Below, piece by piece: positions 1-9,020 of a DNA stretch of 19,443 nt. The translations under genes and the position numbers were made by a program. The stretch lies in assembly GCA_965233585.1 (NCBI GenBank), contig CBDDTI010000276.1:1-19443 (forward strand). The letters run 5' to 3'. The notes beneath the pieces were generated by a model that saw only the letters and a program-made list of their open reading frames with translations, was not told where the DNA came from and searched no databases. The stretch is from a bacterium (GTDB taxonomy: Bacteria > SAR324 > NAC60-12). Numbering within the stretch: position 1 is the first letter of the stretch; each line of letters opens with the position of its first letter.

Positions 1-1726
1 CTTCCAAAGTTGATGCCTAAGATGTGGGTGGGATGCACGTTTGAAGCGCAACGCTCGAGGAAATGTAGGTTCGTGTACCCTTGAGCCAAACAGTTTACTT
101 CTAAACTGTTGTTCCACACAAAAGTGATGAGATCATTGCTCTGGTGGTCCCAAGTTGTCTCATCAACCGCTGGTGGCATTAGCATCGCGGTGGCTATGTC
201 ACAGGAAAGCCCTCCCCTGACATCGTGGCGGCCGCTCAAATGCACACCACTCAAATACTGCTACGTAGAATCACGGGCAAGGCAAACCTGGGTCACTGCT
301 TGGGAAATGGTTTGTTAACAGGAATTTATGCATCACTGCGTCATTACATTGGGCTTTACCAGATGGATTCAGCAGGAAGTTTTGTTGAGACACATGGCTT
401 CAGGTGCCCAAATCCCAGCAATGATGTGGTGGCATCCCAAATGATTCTTGTGCTTTTGCGGGTTTCTCTAAGTGCTGGACGAGAAACACTGGAAAGAAGC
501 ATGTTGCCGCAGCGTCCGCTAGCAGCACGTAATCTAAGAACACCTGGAGCTGCAAACTTAAACCCCAACGTGCTCGCTGTGGGAAAACACAAAAGGAGAG
601 GAACCGTCACCTCAAACACTGCTCAAGTGGTCAACATCGTGCTACTGCATCGGCACGTAGGTAATGACAGCAGGAAGTATGAGAAAGATTGATAGTGATA
701 TGCCCTACCAGCACATCCAGTGGGACCCAATTGTGGATGATGAATGGCTCCAAGTAGTCTTTGAAGCAACGATGGCCGAACCCAGCCCTAAGAATCCTTA
801 GGGCTGGGTAAAATAAGTAGCTCATCTAGGACCGTTTTCAGCATCAACCCCCATTGATTTTCGTAGGTTCTGGAAAGTTGGGTTTCAGCTGGTTTAACAT
901 CTTGCGGGCACAATCCTAGACTTTCTCCTGGCTCACAACAAAGGTGGAGCAGTTCCATCAAACTAGAGAAAATTTGCGTTCCAGGCTAGGTCTTAGGCGA
1001 TGCTACTTGAAATAATGGAATCTCTTTCTGAGACAAAGGTTTGTCCACTCATCGCATTAAAATACACAGCTGTCCAGTACAAGTGTTGTGGCTGACGGCT
1101 GATTCAAGAAGTCTGCAACTACGTGCGACAAGGCATGATGTGTCAAATCTTCTTTTAGCAAAACTACGTGACTAACACCCTGATTCGTTTTGCTTTCATT
1201 TGGATTGATGGTGGACTCCAAAATCCGCTTCATTAATCGTCGAACGCTCATGGGGTTCCACCACAGGCGATGCCGCACAAAGCGCTGAAGACAGCAGCGC
1301 GCCCGGCATGCAATAACGGGCGAAAGGATAAAAGTAAAAGCAGTGGCGTTCTCAACCAATGAATTCCTTGTGCAAAGCATTGTCGGCATCACATTGACCG
1401 AAAGATCAATTGATTTTGTGTTCAACGTGTATACGTATGTATATATTTCTTTGTATTGGTCGAAACTATTGAAAACAAAATTGTAGAATTCGAATGTAGT
1501 TTGGTCCATAGCGCGTTGAAACACTACCTACAAATAAATAACATCATCCCGAAGCGGAGCCAGCAAAGAATATAAATTCAGATGCCGCCAATACAAATTC
1601 AGACGCCGCCACGTCATGCCACAGACAATGTGTGTAGTGAACAACTTTACGGGGCTTAAGTTACGTATGTATCGAAAAACTCTTCCATACAGCTAATCCG
1701 CCACTAGTGGAAGGAAGTTTGTCGTC

Positions 1727-1914
1727 CACCCCGGCCACTCAGCCACTCAGCCACCCAGCCACTCTAACAGAGTGGCTGCCGCAGCCACTCAGCCACTCTG
1801 GTGGGAGTGACTGGACCAGCCACTGACTGAGTGGCTGCTCCAGCCACTCTGCCGCAGCCACTCAGCCACTCAGCCGCTCCGGCAGAGTGGCTGAGTGGCT
1901 GAGTGGCTGGGGTG
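1727..1914. mobile_element. MITE-like palindromic element built from the 8-mer CAGCCACT
   Basis: CACCCCGGCCACTCAGCCACTCAGCCAC (from 1727) is the inverted complement of GTGGCTGAGTGGCTGAGTGGCTGGGGTG (to 1914), 1 mismatch in 28. The 8-mer also recurs internally in both orientations. No TSD identified. Confidence 0.6.
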
Positions 1915-1938
1915 AAAATTTCCGCCATTGCGCGCTCA

Positions 1939-2204
1939 ATCTATTAATCTATTTGTCGACCTAGTTAGCCCCATTGTTTGTCTAGCTATTTAGCTCCAAT
2001 ATCTCACGGACTAGGGGGGAATCAATACCCCACCGTTACCCATGTGCGAGCTGGTACGTTACCCTGCAAAACACTCCCCGTAGACACCCTGAACACCAAC
2101 TGAGGCTGAAAAAACGGGCCCATACGGCAACACCTCCCCCAGACCCTTAATCTCTCACTACGTTCGCAAAAAACAACTTGCCAGCTTGTCCGGCTGGCTT
2201 TCGT
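1939..2204 (+). repeat. ~265-bp dispersed repeat, copy 1
   Basis: Shares long blocks (ACCCTGCAAAACACTCCC, GACACCCTGAACACCAACTGAGGCTG, TAATCTCTCACTACGTTCGCAAAAAACAACT, GCCAGCTTGTCCGGCTGGCTTTCGTA) with 3011-3272. Confidence 0.9.
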
Positions 2205-2444
2205 AAAAATACATCGGAAGAATTTCTCAGTCTATAGCAATCCATCTGTCTACCATCCTATCAATCTATCTCTCACTCTATCCACTGGTCCATGTCTCCA
2301 TCTCACATCAAGCGCGCTAGCTGTCATCCGCTTGTAACCAAAGGGCCAAAGAGAGATGACGTGACGATCTACTTTCAGCACAGGCATAGCTCTATGTCAG
2401 GTGGTCATTGCAGCCTGCTGCCGACAAAGCTTCCATGACCTATA

Positions 2445-3010
2445 GCCATCCAGCTATCTATCTAGCAACCTATCTGTCCAGCCTTCCGTCAAGACATCCA
2501 TGCATCAACCTAACTCTCTCTCTCTCTGTCTGTCTGTCTCTGTATGTAGCTATGCGCAATCTATCCGTCCATCCATCCACCCATGTCATCCAGCCAGCCA
2601 GCCGTCGCGACCGTTCTATCTATCTGTCTGTCTGTCTGTCTGTCCATCCATCCATCCATCCATAGATCCATCGATCCATCGATCCATCGATCCATCGATC
2701 TATCGATCTATCGATCTATCGATCTATCTACCTATCTACCTATCTATCTATCTATCTAATCTAATCTATTCTAATCTATTCTAATCTGTTCTAATCTATC
2801 TATCTATCTACCTATCTACCTATCTATCTAATCTAATCTAATCTATTCTAATCTATTCTAATCTATTCTAATCTATTCTAATCTATTCTAATCTATTCTA
2901 TCTATCTATCTATTAATTATCTCTCTCTCTATACCTCTCTATCTAGCTGTCATCCAGCTATCGTTGAATTCCCTCTCTCAGTTTACTCTCCATCCATCTA
3001 TTATCTGCCT
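2445..3010. repeat. Compound microsatellite (CT)n/(CTGT)n/(CCAT)n/(ATCGATCY)n/(ATCT)n/(TCTAATCTAT)n
   Basis: Read directly from the sequence. Confidence 0.92.
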
Positions 3011-3272
3011 ATCTATTGATCTATTTGTCTATGTATTTAGCCCTAGTATTTGTCTACCTATTTAACCCCAATGTCACCGACCAGGGAGTCGATACCCACC
3101 GTCACCCATTTGCGACCTGGTACATGACCCTGCAAAACACTCCCAGTTGACACCCTGAACACCAACTGAGGCTGGAAAAACGGACCTGTTTGGCAACACC
3201 TCCCCCCAAACCCCTAATCTCTCACTACGTTCGCAAAAAACAACTAGCCAGCTTGTCCGGCTGGCTTTCGTA
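3011..3272 (+). repeat. ~265-bp dispersed repeat, copy 2
   Basis: Direct, diverged copy of 1939-2204 ending in the same hairpin plus TTTCGTA. Confidence 0.9.
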
Positions 3273-3290
3273 TCAGACTTCAACAAATGC

Positions 3291-3774
3291 CGAGCTTATT
3301 GCTTCGCTGAGCCCAGCACAAGGGCGCTAGAATGTCACCAACTTCCTGCACGCTGACGGTCCTTGGGCTTCCTCCCGGAAGATATGTAGCACCGCAGGCA
3401 GCCAAAATGCGTAGGAGTTGAAGTTGCAAGCCACTACCATCACCTCCAAGTGCACCAAATGAGCGCGAAGTCTTTCTTTCCCAATGGAGTTGATTGGAAG
3501 ACTCAACTTGAAGTTGCAAGAATCGGTGCTGTGAGAAGCCCGATTGCAGCGATGGCTCCTGTAGCGCTTCACGCAACCTCTGGAGTTTCTGTGCCTTTTC
3601 AGCAGAAGTTGTGTCCCTCACCAGCTGTTGGAGCTTCCCCGGTGGCGCCACAAAGGCCAGCAGCCGCTTGGACTCGGCAGACTCCTTCACCACCACCGCA
3701 GAACCCACGAGATCACAGCCATGAAGACAAGCCTCAATCTCTCCCAGTTCCACCCGCTGGCCATTGATCTTCAC
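3291..3774 (-). CDS. Hybrid PKS-NRPS, exon D: end of A8 and start of an inserted (probable oxidase) domain; 3' boundary uncertain
   Basis: VKINGQRVELGEIEACL...AVVV...RLLAFV, followed by ~115 aa lacking A9/A10 but containing ERKTSRSF (3457-3480). The frame closes at 3280. Candidate donors are CTCG|GC (3291/3290) or an earlier CAG|GA. Confidence 0.8.
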
Positions 3775-4349
3775 CTGGCGTCGAATTGTCGCGTTGTAGG
3801 ATTTCCCAAGCATGACAGGACAGTGGAATCTATCAACAAGTCTTACTTCTTCAAATTCAATCGTTATGATAATATCAACAATATCTATAGTGACCGGCTG
3901 AAAGATAGAATATTGTACTCTTAGTCGGGACAAGATAGAATAACAAAAAACACAGGGTCTAGCACCCACAAGATAGAATATTCTGAAATTAAAATAATCA
4001 AAAGATAGAATATTCGATCTTTTCGCCGGTCGGTATAGATAATTATGGAATTGGGGGGAAATCCCAGTAAATCCCAGTAAAGCTGCGAAAACCTCTTTTT
4101 ACAAATCAGCTAAGCCACCATGCCAAGTGGACTCCCTCCTGCCACGGTTATATATCTATACCTCTCTATAATATATATATATACACATATCTTGGAAATC
4201 AACACACAAGCCTTTCCACGCAATGGAATGCTTCCAAATATATAATTTGGAGCCATGTCACGCCAGGGTCTCGAAAATATTCTATCTTGTCCGTTTTCGT
4301 ATTTTTGAGCCTTATCAAAGCTCAAAGAATAACATTAAACAATTGAAAA

Positions 4350-6096
4350 GCAATGAAAAATAATGAAAAATGATGAAAAAAAGATACAAAACAATGAAAA
4401 ATGATGAAAAAGAGAGAAAAAAACAATGAAAAATGATGAAAAGATTGGAAAAAACAATGAAAAATGATGAAAAAGAGAGATACAAAACAATGAAAAATGA
4501 TGAAAAAGAGAGAAAAAAAACAATGAAAAATGATGAAACATATGGAAAAAAAACAATGAAAAATGATGAAAAATAGGAAAAAAACAATGAAACATGATGA
4601 AAAAAAGAGAAAAAACACAGAGAGAGAGAGAGATGAAAAATAGGGGGAACAAAAACAAGGAAACATGATGACAAATAGAAAAAAAATAAAATAAGATGAA
4701 AAAACGAGAAACAACAATGAAGAATGATGAAAAAGGGAAAGAACCAATGAAAAATGATGAAAAAGAGAAAAACAATGAAAAATGATGAAAAATAGAGAAA
4801 CAACAATGGAACATTATGAAAAATAAAGGAAAAACAATGAAAAATGATGAAAAATAAAGAAACACCAATGAAAAATGATGAAAAATAGAGAAAAAACAAT
4901 GATGTTTCCTTCATTTTTCATTGTTGGTTCTCTATTTTTCATCATTGTTCATTGTTTTTTTCTCTATTTTTCATCATTTTTCTCTGTTTTTGTTTTCTCT
5001 CTTTTTCATCATTTCTCATTGTTTTTTTCTCTCTTTTTTCAGCATTGTTCATTCTTGTTTCTCTATGTTTCATAATGTTTCATTGATTTTTCTCTATTTT
5101 TCATAAGTTTTCATTGTTTTTGTTCTATTTTTCATTATGGTTCATTGTTGTTTCCCTATTTTTCATCATTGTTCATTGTTTTTTTCTCTATTTTTCATAA
5201 TTGTTCATTGTTTTTTCTCTCTTTTTCATCATTTTTCATTATTATTTTTTCTATGTTTTATCATTTTTCATTGTTGTTACTCTATTTTTCATCATGTTTC
5301 CTTGTTTTTTTCCGCTCTTTTTCATCATGTTTCCTTTTTTTTTGCATTATGTTTCATCATTTTTTCTTGTTTTTTTCTCTTTTGTTCATCATTGTTTATT
5401 GTTTTTTCCTCTATTTTTCAGCATGTTTCCTTATTTTTCCACTATTTTTCATCATTGTTCATTGTTTTTTCCTCTCTTTTTCATCATTTCTCATTGTTTT
5501 TTCTCTCTTTTTCATAATTATTCATTTGTGTTTCTCTATTTTTCATCATGTTTCATTGTTTTTTCCTCTATTTTTCATCAGTGTTCATTGTTTTGTCTCT
5601 ATTTTTCATCATGTTCATTGTTTTTTTCCATATCTTTGATCATTTTTCATTGTTTTTTCTCTCTTTTTCATCATTTTTCATTGTTGTTTCTCTTTTTTTC
5701 ATCATGCGTCCTTGTTTTTTTCTCTCTTTTTCATCATGTTTCATTGTTTTTTCACCCGTTTTCATCATTTTTTCTTGTTTTTTTTCTCTCTTGTTCATCA
5801 TTTTTCATTGATTTTTCCTCTATTTTTCATCATGTTTCCTTTTTTTCCCTATTTTTTATCATGTTGCATTGTTTTGTCCTATCTGTTTCATCATTGTTCA
5901 TTGTTTTTCCTCTCTTTTTCATCATTTTTCATTGTTGTTTCTCTATTTTTCATTATTTTTCATTGTTTTTTTCTCTCTTTTTCATCATTTGTCATTTTTT
6001 TTCAATTTTTCATGATTTTTCTTGTTTTTTCTATCTTTTCATCATGTTTCCCTGTTTTTTGTTCTTTTTCATCATGTTTCATTGTTTTTTCAATGC
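4350..6096. repeat. ~32-bp minisatellite (AACAATGAAAAATGATGAAAAAGAGAGAAAAA), A-rich orientation to ~4900, then inverted (T-rich)
   Basis: Degenerate tandem units visible directly; abrupt strand switch at ~4900. Confidence 0.9.
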
Positions 6097-7130
6097 TTTT
6101 CAATTGTTTAATGTTATTCTTTGAGCTTTGATAAGGATCAAAAATACGAAAACGGATGAAAACGGACAAGATAGAATATTTTCGATACCCTGGCGTGACA
6201 TGGCTCCAAATTATATATTTGGAAGCCTTCCATTGCGTGGATTTTTTTCCGTATGTTTCATTGTTTTTGTTGTATTTTTCATATTTTTTTCATTGGTGTT
6301 CACTATTTTTCATTATTTTTCATTGTTGTTCATTGTTTTTCAATTGTTTAATGTTATGCTTTGAGCTTTGATAAGGCTCAAAAATATGAAAACGGACAAG
6401 ATAGAATATTTTCGAGACCCTAGAGTGACATGGCTCCAAATTACTTGGATTTTTTCCATTGTGTGTGTGGAAATGCTCTTATGTTGATTTTCACAATACT
6501 TATGTGCATATATATATATAGCGGTTGTATAGGTTTTATTGGGTTTAAGTCAGTTGGAGCCATGCCTACCCGCAATTCACAGTTGTTACCGGTCCACCGC
6601 GTGGTCGCACCTCACACCCTCAATTTGCGGTTTTAACGCAAAACGTAGTGGAAACAAGTCTGAATATTTTGGGATTTACCTAGCAAAATTGTTGGTTTTA
6701 TCTGATACGCCAGGAGAATATGAAAAATACAGCAAAAACAATGAAAAATACGGAAAAAAATCCACGCAATGGAAGGCTTCCAAATATATATATATAATTT
6801 GGAGCAATGTCACGCCAGGGTCTCGAAATATTTTATCTTGTCCGTTTTCATATTTTTGAGCCTTATCAAAGCTCAACGAATAAAATTAAACAATTGAAAA
6901 ACAATGAACAACAATGAAAAATAATGAAAAAAAGTGAAAACCAATGAAAAAAATATGAAAAATTCAACAAAAACAATGAAACATACGGAAAAAAATCCAC
7001 GCAATGGAAGGCTTCCAAATATATAATTTTGGAGCCATGTCACGCCAGGGTCTCGAAAATATTCTATCTTGTCCGTTTTCGTATTTTTGAGCCTTATCAA
7101 AGCTCAAAAATAACATTAAACAATTGAAAA

Positions 7131-8420
7131 ACCTTGAAAAACAATTAAAAATAATGAAAAAAAACGATGAAAAATGATGAAACATAGAAAAAATAATAAT
7201 GAAAAATGATGAAACAGAGAAAAACAACAATGAAAAATTATGAAAAAGAGAGTAAAAACAATGAAAAATGATCAAAAAGAGAGGAAAAAACAATGAACAA
7301 TGATGAAAAATAGTGGAAAAAATAAGGAAACATGATGAAAAATAGAGGAAAACACAATGAAAAATGATGAACAAAAGAGAAAAAATCAAGAAAAAATGAT
7401 GAAAAAGAGTGAAAAAAAAACAATGAAACATGATAAAAAAGAGAGGAAAAAAACAAGGAAGCATGATGAAAAATAGAGTAACAACAATGAAAAATGATGA
7501 AACATAGGAAAAAAACAATGAACAATGATGAAAAAGAGAGGAAAAACAATGAAACATGATGAAAAAGAGAAGAAAAACAATGAAAAATGATGAAAAAGAG
7601 AGGACAAACAATGAAACATGATGAAAAAGAGAGAAAAAAACAAGCAAAAATGATGATAGAGAGTGAAAAAAACAATGAAACATGATGAAAAAGAATGAAA
7701 AAACAAGGAAACATGATGAACAATAGAGAACCAACAATGAAAAATGATGAAAAAGACATGAAAAACAATGAAACATTATGAAAAATAGAGGAAACAAAAA
7801 TGAAAAATGATGAAAAATAGAGAAACACCAATGAAAAATGATGAAAAAGAGAGAAAAAAAACAATGAAATAACACGTTCATCATTTTTAATAATTTTTCA
7901 TTGTTTTTGCTTCTCTCTTTTTCATAATTTTTAGTTTTTTTTAATTTTTTTCATCATGTTTCATTGTTTTTTTCACTCTTTTTCATCAGTGCTTCTTGTT
8001 TTTTTCTCTCTTGGTCATCATTTTTCATTGTTTTTTGTCCCTTTTTTCATCATGTTTCAGTGTTTTTTCTCTCTTTTTCATCATGTTTGATTGTTTTTTT
8101 CATTTTTTTCCATCATTTTTTCTTGTTTTTTCTCCCTCGTTCATCATTTTTCATTGTTTTTTTCTATCGTTTTCATCATGTTTCATTGGTTGTTCTCTCT
8201 TTTTCATCATTGTTCATTGTTTTTTTATCTCGTTTTCATAATTGTTCATTGTTGTTTCTCTATTTTTCATAATGTTTCCTTGTTTGTTTTTCTCTTTTTT
8301 ATCATGTTTCAAATTGTTTTTTTTCACTCTTTTTCATCATTTGTTCTTGTTGTTTCTCTCTTGTTCATCATTTGTTATTGTTTTTTCCTCTATTTTTCAT
8401 CGTGTTTCCTTGTTTTTTCT
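7131..8420. repeat. Same ~32-bp minisatellite, A-rich to ~7875, then inverted (T-rich)
   Basis: Same unit as 4350-6096; strand switch at ~7875. Confidence 0.9.
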
Positions 8421-8774
8421 GGCATGTTGACTTGGCGTCCTGTTGCTTCAAAAATCATCAGTAGTTTTCTGCACAGGCATGCACGAAATTGACAAGATAG
8501 AATATTCAAGGGGGTGTTCTGTGAATTTTTGTGAATATTCTATATTAATATTCTATCTTGTGGTGTTTTTTCCGAGTGGGAGGCCGATGGTAATTTTCTC
8601 ACTCGCGTGTCTGGTAGTGAAAAATATTCTATCTTTCGGGCGGTCACTATATACCATATGACTGTATACATGTTTTAATACCCAGGACTTCCAAGGACAT
8701 CACCCAAAAAAACTGCTTTGGTCAGCGACGTTTTTCGCATGTGAGGGATGCTTTCTTTGAGAAATTGGTCAGGC

Positions 8775-8921
8775 CTGACAATGATCCTTCCGCCCGATGA
8801 AGTGCAGGGAGCCATCTGAAAGTCTACCCAGGTCACCAGTGCGATACAGCCGCAACACGCCCAAGTCCTTCAAGGCTTCGGGAATCTGAGTCTCGGAGAG
8901 GAAAGCAGCTCTAGTCCGCTC
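8775..8921 (-). CDS. Hybrid PKS-NRPS, exon C (147 nt): A-domain motifs A7-A8
   Basis: ERTRAAF...LYRTGDLGR...HFIGRKDHCQ; 49 codons; donor CAG|GCCTGA at 8775/8774. Confidence 0.9.
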
Positions 8922-9020
8922 CTGAACCCCAAAAAAACCCGCAGCAAGACACACAAAGTGTTCACAAAGATGTCAAATGAACAAACAAGACACCTGCTTT
9001 CCACATGTATTTCAGCTGTC
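8922..9020 (-). other. Spliceosomal intron, GA-AG, 99 nt, phase 0
   Basis: AACGAG|GACAGCTGA ... GGTTCAG|GAG. Removal gives GYLDNE|ERTRAAF, which matches the A-domain spacing GYLNRPELTAERF. The intron contains an in-frame TGA. Confidence 0.8.

Larger units (their letters stand above)
3888..8649. mobile_element. Non-autonomous foldback-like DNA element with terminal inverted repeats and TA flanks
   Basis: Left TA|TAGTGACCGGCTGAAAGATAGAATATT vs reverse complement of right TA|TAGTGACCGCCCGAAAGATAGAATATT (27-bp TIR, 2 mismatches). Repeated subterminal AAGATAGAATA motifs at both ends. Interior is made of inverted minisatellite arrays; no transposase ORF. Confidence 0.7.
3775..8774 (-). other. Spliceosomal intron, GC-AG, 5000 nt, phase 0, mostly occupied by a foldback-like element
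   Basis: CAG|GC donor and CGCCAG|GTG acceptor join GRKDHCQ|VKINGQRVELGEIE, restoring the A8 motif GRxDxQVKIRGxRIELGEIE. Confidence 0.88.

Noticed and set aside
1574..1611. 17-bp near-tandem duplication AAATTCAGAYGCCGCCA (similar small duplications at 13180-13203 and 15934-15990)
   Set aside because: Ordinary local slippage duplications with no supporting context.
3775..3969. N-terminal 65 aa of ORF 3280..3969
   Set aside because: Intronic read-through that includes the element's TIR; homology begins at VKING after the acceptor.
4350..8420. CRISPR-like ~32-bp periodicity
   Set aside because: Units are adjacent and degenerate, with no unique spacers and no cas genes; the context is a eukaryotic intron.
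4110..8661. Many overlapping Phe/Ile/His-rich ORFs resembling membrane proteins
   Set aside because: All frames of a stop-poor T-rich minisatellite are open. They lie inside an intron and appear on whichever strand is T-rich.
3775..8774. Intron length of exactly 5000 nt as a sign of artificial construction
   Set aside because: No gap or linker sequence is present, and both junctions are natural splice sites; treated as coincidence.
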